Shown piece after piece: positions 21,886 to 33,771 of a stretch of 64,000 bases of DNA (position 1 is its first letter; each line of letters starts with the position of its first letter). This DNA comes from an uncultured Chitinophagaceae bacterium (lineage in GTDB: Bacteria > Bacteroidota > Bacteroidia > Chitinophagales > Chitinophagaceae): NCBI GenBank assembly GCA_963705465.1, contig CAVPJN010000005.1, positions 1,691 through 65,690 on the forward strand, given 5' to 3'. Below the pieces are notes generated by a model. It was given only the letters and a program-made list of their open reading frames with translations. It was not told the DNA's origin and made no database searches. The position numbers and the translations under genes are program-made.

Positions 21886-23343
21886 TTAATTGTCTACACA
21901 TAAAGAATTTAATAGCAATTCTGTGGAAGAAATTGGCCAAATATATTGCTGACCTGAAGACGGAATGGAATTTACACCTGGTTTTGCAGGTAAAGCCAAA
22001 CCTAAACGGGTAAGATCGGCTCCGGCAAAACCTTCACCAAGCAACTCTATTCTTCTTTCTGTCATTATTGCATCAGCCAAAGCTGTCGAAGTTAGAAAAT
22101 CCAATGCTGTAAAGATGGTAGTAGCATCAGAACGTCCACGAATGGCATTTAGCAATGCAATCGATTGAGCATCAACAGTGTTTGTTGAACGAACTCTTGC
22201 TTCTGCTAAATTTAATAATACCTCAGCCCACCGGATAACGGGTGCCCAGTCAATAAACGGAGCAGCGCCGGGATATTTTGATAAATAGGTTTTTCCTCCG
22301 GAAACGGCTGTCATTGATCTTCTTCTATCGGTTACTTTCCAGCCAATATTTGCAACAATACCTGTTGATAAAAGAGAATATTCTCCATTACCACCATTTA
22401 ATGCACCTGGCATATAATAGTAACCTAGTTGATTTTGTGTACCCGGTGCTTCATTGGAAGCAAACGGCATAGACAAAATGGATTCAGTCGTGTTGTAAGG
22501 AGATTTGAATACATTGGTAACATCTGCCTGCAAAGCATGAGCAACACCTGAAGTAGCCGTAAAAGGGGCGGTTGCAGGAACAATTTTATTCGCTTCTGTA
22601 ATGACATTTCCATACTGTCCCATGCTCAGGTATACCCTTGTTTTTAATGCTATAGCTGTATTCCTGTGTGCCCTTGTTGTATTTAGTGTGGCACTACCAT
22701 TTGTAGTTGGTAAGTTTTGTTCTGCATAATTCAGATCATCCAAAATCTGTACATAAACTTGTGCAACAGTAGATCTCGCCAGATCATAATTACCTGAACC
22801 GGTGTTACCGGTTAAACGCAAAGGAACACCAGGTTTGCTTCCATTAGCATCTGTAAACGGGCGGGCATAGAACTGTAGTAATGAGTAGTAACTAAGTGCT
22901 CTTAACAACCGGGCTTCTGCCTGATAGTTTTTGGATATTGCATCAGTGACTACAGAAGTTCCGCTCGCTGCCATTCCATCAAGGAATACGTTGGCCAGGT
23001 TGATAACATAGTAGGCTCTTGACCAATGATTTTGTACGCTGTTGGTAGAACTGTTACTTGGTGTATAATTCCATACATCAAATCCGGTTACCACATTGGT
23101 ACGATCATTTTGAAAATCGCCGCCACGGATATCATTGAAGATCTGGTAACGACCACCAAACATTCCGGCATTTTTAATGGAGGCATAGATTGCTCTAACC
23201 TGCCCTTCTATTCTGAGAGGGGTAGAAAAAGCCGACAGATCTGAAACCACATTGGTAGGAATGGGGTTTAGATTGCTTTTGTGACATCCGGTTGCTACAA
23301 TAACTGAAGCAAGAAGGATGGAATATATTATTTGTTTTTTCAT
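21886..23343 (-). CDS. SusD/RagB-family lipoprotein
   Basis: ATG-C lipobox; EARLLRALSYY, IRWAEVLLNLAEA, ERRIELLGEG. Confidence 0.93.
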   Translation of the reverse strand: MKKQIIYSILLASVIVATGCHKSNLNPIPTNVVSDLSAFSTPLRIEGQVRAIYASIKNAGMFGGRYQIFNDIRGGDFQNDRTNVVTGFDVWNYTPSNSSTNSVQNHWSRAYYVINLANVFLDGMAASGTSVVTDAISKNYQAEARLLRALSYYSLLQFYARPFTDANGSKPGVPLRLTGNTGSGNYDLARSTVAQVYVQILDDLNYAEQNLPTTNGSATLNTTRAHRNTAIALKTRVYLSMGQYGNVITEANKIVPATAPFTATSGVAHALQADVTNVFKSPYNTTESILSMPFASNEAPGTQNQLGYYYMPGALNGGNGEYSLLSTGIVANIGWKVTDRRRSMTAVSGGKTYLSKYPGAAPFIDWAPVIRWAEVLLNLAEARVRSTNTVDAQSIALLNAIRGRSDATTIFTALDFLTSTALADAIMTERRIELLGEGFAGADLTRLGLALPAKPGVNSIPSSGQQYIWPISSTELLLNSLCVDN

Positions 23344-23366
23344 TATATAATTTTTTTAAGTATTAA

Positions 23367-26300
23367 TTATAAACCAATGTTTAAGCCAAAAGTAAATGAC
23401 CTGGCTGCGCCGATTGTATTTCTATCAATACCCTGGTTAGTAGTTCCGTTTCCATTGGAAGAAACTTCAGGATCTGGTCCGGGATATTTAGTGATGATGG
23501 CAAGGTTATTACCATTTATATAAAATCTGGCACTTGCAATTTTTATCTTGTCGAGAATACTTCTTGGCAGGTTATAACCCAGACTTAAAGAACGTAGCTT
23601 AATAAAGTCGCCTTTGAATACATTTACATCCAGCGGGAAAGATGATCCGTTAGAAATATTATCGCCGAAAACTGCTTTCGGAATATCGGTAATATCACCA
23701 GGCTTTTGCCATTTATTTAAAATAGCCACTTCGTTATTCCAGAAACGCTGGTCTCTTAGTCCTGCCTGCGTTCCATAATAGATATAAAATCCAAGCTGGT
23801 AAGTAAATAATGCATTTACTTCAAAACCTTTATACCGGAATGTATTATCAAAACCCCCTACGAATTTGGGATTCGTATTTTTATATGCTGCAGCATCAGC
23901 CGAGCTCACAGTTGGCGCAACTGTTCCATCTGCAAAAGAGAATCTGAACTGACCAGGAGGTGCGACGTGTTGAAAATATACCTGTTGTCCGTTTTTATTA
24001 ATAAAGATTCTTCTTCCAGTCGCAGGATCAACACCAGCAGTACGGGTTACAAACAACATACCGATTGGCTGACCTGGAACTGTAATACTTGGGTTCTCTA
24101 GTCCACCAGTTGCTGAAAGGATGCTGTTAATACCAGGAGCAAGAGAAACAACTTCATTCTTATTATAAGTGCCATTAAAAGAAGTGTTCCAGGTGAAATT
24201 TTTTGTCTGAACCGGTGTAGCATTGATCGTTAATTCCCAGCCTTTGTTGTACATCGTTCCCACGTTTGTTGGAACGGTTGATGGTAAACCTGCAGAAGGA
24301 GGGGCTGGTACGAAAAGAATCAGATCATCAATGTCATTCTTATAATAAGCGATTTCCGCAGTGATCTTATCATTTAAGAAGCCCATATTGATACCAACAT
24401 CAAACTTGGTGCTGCTTTCCCAACCCAGATTTGGATTACCTGATTGAGAAAACGCTAACGTACCATTACCACCATATAAACCAGAGCCGAATGTTGAAAG
24501 AGATTGGAAGCTACCAAGACCTGAAATATTACCTACACGGCCAAAGCTGCTTTTAATTTTAAAGCTGCTGAAAATATTGTCAAGTCCACCAGCCCAGAAT
24601 TTTTCTTTGGTAATTTCCCAACCACCGGATACACCCCAGAAGGTTCCGTATTTGTTATTAAAGCCTAACTGAGAGGCACCATCCCGACGTACGTTGGCAC
24701 TGACAAAATATTTACTGGCATAGTTATAATTCAATCTTCCGAATTCTGAGATCAGATAGTTTTCTCCGATGGTCAATCCAGCAGTGTTTGGAGTCGCCCA
24801 ACCACCCTGCACCGTTGTAAAATCAGGGTCTGTTACGCCAATACGATTTATACCGTAACCATTAAACTCAGAATATTGTTGCTCATGTCCTGCCAGTAAA
24901 CTAACGTTATGTGACTTTGCAAAAGTTCTGTCAAACTGTATTGTATTGGTCCATACCCAACGTTTGTTTCTGTTGAACCAACTGCTCACAGATCCATTAC
25001 TTGCAAAACCTTCACCTGAAATAGGGCTGGCATAAACATCATTGTCTACAAAAATATAATCAATACCAAAAGTAGATCTTAGTGTTACCCAACTTAGAGG
25101 TTTGACCTGCAAATATGCATTGGAGAGAATATGATTGTTTTCGCTGTTATTCCTGTTTTGATCTAATTGTATAACGGGATTATTAAATCCAACCTGACCT
25201 TGCTTATTGCCCATTACGCCAATTAATGCACCGGAATAATTATAAGATCCATCATTGTTATACGGAGCAATATTCGGTGCAGTAACTAAACCTACCCGAC
25301 CTAAACCAGCTGTGGCAAAAGCATCTCCTAAAGAACCTGAGCTAACGGCGGCAAGATTTTGTTCATTTGAATATTGTACTTTACCACCAAGACTGATCAC
25401 ATTATTCACTTTGTGATCAATATTTAATAAAACAGAAATGCGTTTGAATTCATTTCTTTTCAGAATTCCTTGCTGATCTGTATAACCTGCAGATAAATAA
25501 TAACTGGTAGCTTCATTTGCCCCGGAAACATTTACTGAATTACTTCTTTGATTTCCGGTGCGATAAATGAAATCATACCATTTTGTATTGATAGGACTAC
25601 CATCTGGCCCGTTGGTTAATGCAAAGTTGTTAGTGGCTGCATTAAATAAACCTGCATTTACAAGAGCTTCATTTTTATGATCAGTATATTGAAAAGCATC
25701 TAAAAGTTCAGGCAGGTTAAATGTTTTTGTTCTGCCTATCCAGCTATCAATAGTTACTTTCGCCTTACCTTGTTTACCTTTTTTGGTTGTTACAAAAATG
25801 ACACCATTTGCTGCACGGCTACCATAAATAGCAGAAGCAGCCGCATCTTTGGCCACATCGATACTTTCAATGTCGTTTGGATTAATACTTGCCAGTGCAT
25901 TACCAGCAGAAGCTGTTCCACTGAAATCACCTGAATAAGCCGGGATGCCATCTATAACGATCAATGGAGTTGAACTCATAGAAATAGAATTCGTTCCTCT
26001 AACTCTGATTACCGGTGGTGCATTTAAAACACCACTAGGGAGTGTGATTTGAACACCAGTGGCACGGCCACCTAAAGCTTGTTCAAAAGTCTGCACCGGC
26101 TGGCTGGCAATGGCAGATCCTTTCACAGATGCAATTGATCCTGTTACTTCTTTTCTCTTTTGTGTTCCGTAACCTACTACTACTACTTCCTGCATACTCT
26201 TATCATCCAGCTTAAGGCTGACATTGATAGATGAAGAAGTGGAAGTAATATTAACTTCCTGTGTCAACATGTTGACAGAAGAAATGACCAGCACTTTTGC

Positions 26301-26495
26301 CGCTGCTGGCACTGTAATGGAAAATGTACCATCAGAACCTGAAGTGGTTCCGGTGGTTGTACCTCTGATTAGAATCGAGGCGTTGGGTAAAGGATTACCG
26401 AGTTCATCAGTAACCCTCCCGGAAATGGTTCGTTGTGCCAATGCCGATTGGGCAAATAGCATAACTCCCATAATGAGTAAGCATAGTTGTCTCAT
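23367..26495 (-). CDS. SusC/RagA TonB-dependent receptor
   Basis: VVVVGYGTQKR, IRVRGTNS, KDAAASAIYGSRAANGVIFVTTKKG; 1042 aa, intact. Confidence 0.96.
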   Translation of the reverse strand: MRQLCLLIMGVMLFAQSALAQRTISGRVTDELGNPLPNASILIRGTTTGTTSGSDGTFSITVPAAAKVLVISSVNMLTQEVNITSTSSSINVSLKLDDKSMQEVVVVGYGTQKRKEVTGSIASVKGSAIASQPVQTFEQALGGRATGVQITLPSGVLNAPPVIRVRGTNSISMSSTPLIVIDGIPAYSGDFSGTASAGNALASINPNDIESIDVAKDAAASAIYGSRAANGVIFVTTKKGKQGKAKVTIDSWIGRTKTFNLPELLDAFQYTDHKNEALVNAGLFNAATNNFALTNGPDGSPINTKWYDFIYRTGNQRSNSVNVSGANEATSYYLSAGYTDQQGILKRNEFKRISVLLNIDHKVNNVISLGGKVQYSNEQNLAAVSSGSLGDAFATAGLGRVGLVTAPNIAPYNNDGSYNYSGALIGVMGNKQGQVGFNNPVIQLDQNRNNSENNHILSNAYLQVKPLSWVTLRSTFGIDYIFVDNDVYASPISGEGFASNGSVSSWFNRNKRWVWTNTIQFDRTFAKSHNVSLLAGHEQQYSEFNGYGINRIGVTDPDFTTVQGGWATPNTAGLTIGENYLISEFGRLNYNYASKYFVSANVRRDGASQLGFNNKYGTFWGVSGGWEITKEKFWAGGLDNIFSSFKIKSSFGRVGNISGLGSFQSLSTFGSGLYGGNGTLAFSQSGNPNLGWESSTKFDVGINMGFLNDKITAEIAYYKNDIDDLILFVPAPPSAGLPSTVPTNVGTMYNKGWELTINATPVQTKNFTWNTSFNGTYNKNEVVSLAPGINSILSATGGLENPSITVPGQPIGMLFVTRTAGVDPATGRRIFINKNGQQVYFQHVAPPGQFRFSFADGTVAPTVSSADAAAYKNTNPKFVGGFDNTFRYKGFEVNALFTYQLGFYIYYGTQAGLRDQRFWNNEVAILNKWQKPGDITDIPKAVFGDNISNGSSFPLDVNVFKGDFIKLRSLSLGYNLPRSILDKIKIASARFYINGNNLAIITKYPGPDPEVSSNGNGTTNQGIDRNTIGAARSFTFGLNIGL

Positions 26496-26510
26496 GTGTG
26501 TGTGTTTTAG

Positions 26511-26905
26511 TGTATAATAAAAAAACGAACCCCAAATAGTATGGAGTCCGAGTCAATTTTTAAACCAGTAATGTCAAAAAAACGTTTAATAGAAATACTT
26601 ACATTTTCGTGGAACCATAAAAAAGTACTCGCAATCTCTTTTTTAAAAAGATCAATTACTTTTTTTTGATTACAACTTTAAAATTCTTGGGATAGGTTTA
26701 GTTTTACAGGTAAGGTGTTTAACCAATATTCATTGTGTCTAAGCCACACATATAATAAGTAAGGATTGCCTACCATATATGTGGAACTCTCGTTGTACTA
26801 AAAAAAAACGAACCTCAGAAGTATGAAGCCCGATTTTTATTTAATACGAATGTCAAATAAACGTAAAAGTATAAAAGCCTTAATTTTTTTTGCGGACGTG
26901 AAAAT
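26511..26905. repeat. Imperfect direct duplication (~80-100 bp, copies about 280 bp apart) upstream of susC
   Basis: aaaaaacgaacc..a..agtatg.ag.ccga...aatgtcaaa.aaacgt occurs at ~26520-26586 and at ~26803-26864. Confidence 0.7.
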
Positions 26906-26971
26906 ATCAGTTGTCCGTCATATCACCAAGAAAAGACAGCAGCTTTTTCGGTTTTGCTGCATAGGTGTTTA

Positions 26972-29313
26972 CTAATCTTTTGAAGTTTCTTTTTTAAAGC
27001 CAAGTGTAATTAATAAGGCAGGTAATAATACGAGGTTAGTAAAAGTGGCAGTAACCAGCGTTAGGGAAGTAAGCCACCCCAATGCTTTTGTTCCATCAAA
27101 ACCACTAAAACAGAAAATGACAAAACCAGCAATGAGGACCAGGGAAGTATAAATGATGCTAATGCCAGTTCCATGGATTGTTTCAATTACGGTTTTCTCT
27201 GATGTCATAATTATTTAGTGGTAACTACTTGTTTGTAATTGACCAAAAAACGGATTGTAATATCAATTGCAATTCCTAATGCAACACTGAAAACCAATAC
27301 AGTAGAAGGTTTTAAAGGAATGCGGAACCAACCCATTAATCCTGCAGTTATCAATAAAGGGATAACATTAGGGATTAGAGAGATTAAGTAAAATCCGGGC
27401 AGATTTAAACAGGTAAAGCATACAAAAAGCGATCAAAATAAAAGCCCAGAAAATACTATCCTTTAAGCCATTGATGATGTAGCGGCTCCCTTCCAGAAAA
27501 GTAACACTGGTGCCGGTTAATTGAACATCATACTTGTCTTTTGGAAAAAGTTCGTTTGCTCTTTTTGAAATACTATCTATTATTTCTGGTAATCGCCTGC
27601 TCCCCACATCGGCCATACTTACACTGATACGGGCCTTCTGCTTATCACTATCCATAAAAGTATTCACCAGTTTGGCAAAGGAATTCTTAGTTTCTCCTGG
27701 AATCTCCTCGAAAGTTCAGGTATTGTGATAAGGCCGGTAGGTCAAATTCTGAAGGCATTGAATAGCTATTACTATCACCTTCAAAAAAAGCCTGTTTGGC
27801 AAATTTTAATCCATCAGTTATACTCAATGGCCGGGCTATTTCTTTAAACGTTACCAGGTATTGAGATAGTGAATCGATCTTTACCAGGTTATTATATCTT
27901 CTGGAAACACCTCTTTTCTCTTTCGTATCCACCACAATTTCTAACGGCATAACCCCTTTGAAATTCGATTCAAAAAAACGAAGATCAGTATAGAGTTTAT
28001 CTGACTTTGGAAGATCATCAACAATATAGCCTAGTGGTTTTAATTGTGCAATTCCAACTATTGAAATAAGTACGATGCCAATGGTATAACCGTATATAAG
28101 TTTACGATGATTTAATGACCATCGTTCCAAACGATCCAGCCATCTTATTAAGCGGGGGTTTTGCAAATACTTTGTATGTCTGCTTTTTGGGGCTGGCAAA
28201 AAACTTAAAACGGCCGGAATAAAAATCAAGGAGATGATGAATAATGCAAAAATGTTGATGCCGGCTACAATGCCAAACTCTTTTAATATCTGACTTTGTG
28301 TTAATGCAAACACAGCAAAGCCGATAGCAGCAGCCAGGTTACAGAACAAAGTAACCACACCCATTTTGTCAATCATCTTTACCAGCGATTTTTTCTTATC
28401 ACCGGTTTCATTATAGGAAGTGTGAAATTTATTCAGGAAGTAAATACAATTGGGAATCCCAATTACTACGATCAAAGGTGGAATTAATGCATTTAGTACA
28501 CTGATCTTAAAGCCGAACATTTCAATGGTGGCAAAACTCCAGATTACACCAATGGCTACAACAGTTAGCGACAAAAACATCGCACTAAAGGATCGGAAAA
28601 AGGCAAGTAAAATTATGGCTGAAAGCAATAGCGATGCAAGAATGAAGAATCGCATCTCCTTTGTAATACGCACCGTTAACTCTGTTCGTATATGCGGCAA
28701 ACCACTTTTATAAACAGTTATATTATTTTCTATTCCAAATTGATCAACGATAGCTCCAATATGTATGTACAATGTCAATCCGGTCTTTAGATGCCATGAT
28801 GTCCTTATTGATACTGTACTCCCATCAACCAGGCATTGGTGGCGGGATTGTATAATAAGTTTTGATAAAAAGGAAGACTTAAGAAAAAGGGAAGCCGCAC
28901 TATCGATTTCTGATTGAGATAAAGTTCTATCAGCAAAAATAGTATCCGCTTTTAGTTTTTCAGTTTCAGGGACCTTTATAAGATTAACGGCAGATGGAAC
29001 ACTAATGATATCGTCAACACCCTTTACTTTTTTTAAGTTTCGTTGTAGATCAGCATACGCATTAAATGTTTTTGCTTCAAATAATTTATCGGTTTGAATG
29101 CCGATCACAAATAAGTTACCATCTTCTCCAAATGTTTTACGAAATTCCTGGTAGGCTTTATATTTTGGATTATCAACTGGGATGGCTCTGGCAAAATCAT
29201 AGCTAATTGCACTTTACTGGCATGTATAGCCCATAAAAACGGTGGCGCCGATAAGATAGAACCAATAACGGAATACGGTACTTCAGAATAAATCGTCCAA
29301 TTCGTTGCCACAT
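26972..29313 (-). CDS. MMPL/RND-superfamily transporter (frameshifted)
   Basis: ATG 29313 gives MWQRIGRFILKYR; two membrane repeats with LIVVIGIPNCIYFL and VALGIAIDITI motifs, and TG..IIYTSLVLIAGF. Confidence 0.88.
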
Positions 29314-29526
29314 AAGCAGAAGGGGTGTGTCTTAAAAACGCAAAGAAAGGTAAAATTCAAGTGATACGGGTCATATCAGTTTAAAAAAATCAAATAAAGT
29401 ACTTTTATTCAATACATTATAGGTTGAAGAAACTGCATCTTTGTGTTTTATAATTGAATAATGCATTCCGTCCAGGATATGAAGGAAATTGCTGCATGTT
29501 TTGGTTAGAAAACTGATAAATAATAA

Positions 29527-30274
29527 GTGGCTGACAAACTTCATAAAACCAAAGGTCTTGTCTTGCGTACAGTTAAATATGGTGAAACAAGTATTATTGT
29601 TACCATTTTTACTGAATTGTTTGGAGTGCAATCTTATTTGGTGAATGGTGTACGGACTTCAACAAAAAAGGGTACGGGAAAGGCCAATCTTTTTCAGCCA
29701 GCCGCATTATTGGATTTGGTAGTTTATCATAATGAATTAAAACAACTCAATCGTATCAAAGAATATAAATGGGGTCATTTATATCAGCATATTTTATCAG
29801 ATGTGCCAAAAAATGCTGTGGCTTTGTTTATGATCGAGCTATTAACAAAATGTTTGAAACAGCCGGAAGGAAACGAAGCGCTTTTTCAATTTACCGAAGA
29901 TGTTTTTTTAAAACTGGATGAAAGTAATAATGCAGTGATGGCAAACCTGCCGTTATTTTTTGCATTACATCTTACCCATTTTTTTGGATTCAGGATAAAT
30001 GATAAGTATAGCAATGCAAAACAATACCTGGATTTGCAGGAAGGAAGTTTTGTTGCCGAACAACCGCATCATCCGCATTTTCTGGAAGGAAAACAAGCGG
30101 CAATCACTTCACAATTTTTAAAAGTACTGCAAACGGAAGAGTTGGAAGACATAAAACTCAATCATGATTTTCAGAAGAAATCTTTTATTGGCTTATGAAA
30201 CCTATTATCGTTTACATATTCATGATTTTGGAATGATGAAGAGTTTGCCGGTGTTGAGGGAGATATTAAGCTAA
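29527..30274 (+). CDS. recO: DNA repair protein RecO (frameshift near 30175)
   Basis: TKGLVLRTVKYGETSIIVTIFTELFG, LDLQEGSF; true end ...KSLPVLREILS*. Confidence 0.92.
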
Positions 30275-31454
30275 TCTTTTAGAAGATGAAAAATCATTTT
30301 GCGTTAATACAATTCCCGGCCTTTTCCCTTTCTCAAAACTCCCTAAACTCATCATCCATTTGCAATGCCTTTGCTCCATTACTGGTTGCCCATTGTAAAA
30401 CTGTCTCAATAGGAATATGCGGAAAATGTTTTTGAATGCTTTCTATTTCTTTAGCAATACTTAATTGCCAGTTGCTGCTGTAACTGTCTGTTCCTAAAAC
30501 GATATGACAATTATGTTTTATCAAACAAATCAATCGGTGGTACTTTGTTTTCAATATATAAGTTTGCATTGATACAAAGACAATACACCAGTTTTAAACC
30601 ATTAGTAGCTTGCATATTCATTTGCCCAGATAATATCTTCTTCGGGCATAAAAGTATTGTGTACAAGAAATATGGTTTGCCCGTTATTAAAATAAGGTAA
30701 TACAGAACGAATACTGCTTTTACCGGTTACCGGAAAAGGTGATTTATCTATTCCAAAAATTTTGAAGAACCGGAGATAATCGCCACCACCTGTTTTATAT
30801 AATTCATCTTCTGCAGGATGCTCCTGGTTGTGAATAGAAATTATTTTTCCTTTTGTTGCATCATTGATCAGTTGAAATGTTTTTGGACTGATGGTATAAG
30901 GAGCATGAGGAACAATAGATGTTCGATGATTTAGATTTGAAGCAGACAAACCTGCTTCTAATTGGCTTGCTACATTTTTATAATGGTTGAAATTTTCGTC
31001 TGCTTTTTCATCTGTAAAACTCAATACCTCTACAAAATTTTGCCACCGGATCTTGCTTTTTTGTTTTATTGCTAACGTATCGGCCGTGTTGCCAATATCG
31101 CCAACGGCCACCGTTCCGTTTTCATACATTTCTTTTTCGGCCTTTATTATTTCTGTCTTGAATTACTTTCGGCAGGGAAATCTCTTTTGGTTACTACATC
31201 GAACATAAAAAATCAATTAAACCGGTATGTGGTGGAATTACATTTTTTAAATGGCTTAGTTCCAGATGGCAATGACAATTGATAAAACCAGGTGAAAGAA
31301 TGCCACTGAATTGTTGAATATCATCACCTGCTTCATCTAGTAGATACAATATCCTGAATTGTTCCTGTTTCATCTGTTATTAGAACTTTGATCATCTTCT
31401 AAAAAACGTATCCCATCAAATATTTTGTCAGCCTTGAATTTTAAATAATGCCAT
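30266..31454 (-). CDS. Amidohydrolase-family deaminase (MtaD/aminofutalosine-deaminase-like; frameshifted)
   Basis: PGFINCHCHLELSH, GTVAVGDI, PHAPY, SIHNQE, LVHN, LGTDSYSSN, WATSNGAKAL. Confidence 0.82.
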
Positions 31455-31455
31455 T

Positions 31456-31565
31456 AAAACAAATTTCAAATTTCATATCCCAACGTTCCAAATCATTAAT
31501 TTTGCCGCCTTATTGGAATCATGCCTGTCGGCAGACAGGTTTGTAATTTATTATTTGGAATTTCA
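31456..31565. repeat. Inverted heptamer arrays around the prfA promoter, with an inserted GC palindrome (31520-31539)
   Basis: caaattt caaattt catatcc...ccaaatc on the left; ttggaatc...ttgtaatt...ttggaattt on the right; TAATTTTG -7 box at 31497-31504; palindrome catgcctgtcggcagacagg. Confidence 0.55.
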
Positions 31566-31572
31566 TCTATTT

Positions 31573-32643
31573 ATGTTAGATAGATTAGAAGCGATAAAAG
31601 CAAGATTTGAGCAGTTAGGTGTAGCATTGACCAATCCCGAGATTGTTGGAAATAATAGGAAATATGCTGAGACCAGCAAGGAATACCGGGGGCTGGAAAA
31701 AATTGTTATTGCTTATAATGATTATAAAAAGATACTGGATGATATTGATTTTTATGCAGAAGCCCTGGAAGGTGATGATGAAGAAATGAGAGAGTTGGCA
31801 AAACTGGAAGCCCCGGCATTGGAAGAAAAGAAAGAAGAAAAAGAAGCCTTTATCCGTCAGTTATTGATTCCAAAAGATCCCGCAGGATGAGAAGAATGCG
31901 ATATTGGAAATACGAGCCGGAACCGGAGGTGATGAAGCCAGTTTGTTTGCCGGTGATCTGCTAAGAATGTATACCCGGTATTGCGAACGCAGGGGTTGGA
32001 AAACAGCTATACTCAGTGAAAGTGAAGGAACGGTTGGGTGGATACAAAGAAGTGCAATTAGAAGTTACCGGTGATGATGTGTATGGGATCTTAAAATTTG
32101 AAAGTGGTGTACACCGGGTACAAAGGGTACCCAATACAGAAACACAGGGAAGAGTACATACTTCAGCAGCAACTGTGGCAGTAATGCCGGAAGCGGAGGA
32201 AGTGGATTTTGAACTGAATCCGGCTGATGTAAAAATGGAAACGGCCCGAAGCGGTGGTGCTGGCGGTCAGAATGTAAACAAAGTGGAATCAAAAGTATTG
32301 CTGACGCATATTCCAACGGGAGTAGTTGTGGTTTGCCAGACGGAACGATCGCAGCTTGGTAACAGAGAAAAAGCGATGGGAATGCTTGCGTACAAAATTG
32401 TTTGAGGAGAAAGTGAGGAAACATGAGGAAGAAATTTCCCGCCATAGAAAAAGCCTGGTAAGCACAGGAGATAGAAGTGCCAAGATAAGAACCTATAATT
32501 TTCCGCAGGGTCGTGTTACAGATCACAGGATTGGATTAACATTATATAACCTTGATGCCGTACTCAACGGAGAAATAGGCGAATTGTTAGATGCACTGCA
32601 GTTTGCAGAAAATGCGGAAAAATTGACAAAACAGGATCAGTAA
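31573..32643 (+). CDS. prfA: Peptide chain release factor 1 (apparent frameshifts)
   Basis: [17 protein letters not shown] (RF1 PxT motif), [26 protein letters not shown]. Confidence 0.96.
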
Positions 32644-32769
32644 GATTTCAACGACCATATTTAGGTTTTCATCGAAAAAATCTCTTGTGTAAAGTTGAAA
32701 AACTAACTTTAAGCGAATTATTTTTTCACCCTTCAAACCTCAAAGCAGGTTTGTATCAACTTAAAACAT

Positions 32770-33414
32770 ATGTTAGATCAACTATTAAATCTTGTAAAGC
32801 AATTTGGAAAAGACACCGTAATCGAAAACCCTGAAATTCCCAATGAACACAATGAAGAAGTGATTGCAGATGCAACAAAAACCATTGGTAGTGGTTTTCA
32901 GAATATGATGGCTGGTGGTGGATTTGAAAGCATTCTGGATCTTTTTAAAGGAGGAGGAAACTCCGGAAATAGTAGCTCTGGTGGCGGGATAACCGGGTTG
33001 TTAAAAAACCCAATTGTTACAATGATGATTGGCTACTTTACGAATAAGCTGGTAAGTAAGTACAAAATGGCACCTGCAGCTGCGAGTAATGTTTCAAGTA
33101 ATTTGATTCCCAATGTATTAAACGGGTTGATCACTAATACAACCAGTACTGATCCTAAGAATGATGCCTTTGATTTCAATGATTTAATTGGTTCTCTTAC
33201 AGGTGGTAATGTGGCCACAAAAGAATCATCATCAAATGGGTTTGATTTTCAGGGTCTGCTTAATCAATTTACCGGTGGCGGTGGAAACGGCGGTGGTGGC
33301 TTCAATATCGGAGATATCATTAGCCAGGTTACGCAGGGAGCACAAAAAAATCAAGGTCAGCAGGCAAGTAGTGGTGGCGGCTTAATGGATATGATCAAAG
33401 GCTTTATGAATTAA
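32770..33414 (+). CDS. Gly-rich conserved hypothetical protein (DUF937-like) with internal amphipathic repeats
   Basis: 214 aa intact ORF; repeated FDF.(D/G)L...(L/F)TGG units. Confidence 0.7.
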   Translation: MLDQLLNLVKQFGKDTVIENPEIPNEHNEEVIADATKTIGSGFQNMMAGGGFESILDLFKGGGNSGNSSSGGGITGLLKNPIVTMMIGYFTNKLVSKYKMAPAAASNVSSNLIPNVLNGLITNTTSTDPKNDAFDFNDLIGSLTGGNVATKESSSNGFDFQGLLNQFTGGGGNGGGGFNIGDIISQVTQGAQKNQGQQASSGGGLMDMIKGFMN

Positions 33415-33771
33415 TTACGATTGATAAAAATCAAGTCTGCATTTTTTTGCAGGTATTTTTTTTATTTCAATTGCTGAAAATAAATTTTTGGCATGAAATT
33501 AGAAAGTATAGTACAGTATATAACGTCTAAAGTCTTGTAAGTTCTTTGTCATTTGATTGTCAGCAGTTTTGCTTCATTTATTAAAATAGTTGAAGAAAAT
33601 AAAAAACAATCAAATTGTAGTATTCTGAAATGCGCTGCTGTTAAGCATCATAGAGTTATGAAGTAGTGCTGGAAAATATACGAACAGTTGTTAAGGGGAA
33701 TTACTAAATAATTTAGTTTTAAACTTTCATTAACAGCAAACATCATACTACAGGCAGTAACTTTACGTTAT

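Noticed and set aside
31573-32643. Programmed frameshifting or pseudogenisation of the release factor gene
   Set aside because: The PxT motif identifies RF1, whereas programmed +1 shifting is an RF2 feature at an early CTT-TGA site. The several breaks here match the window-wide indel noise.
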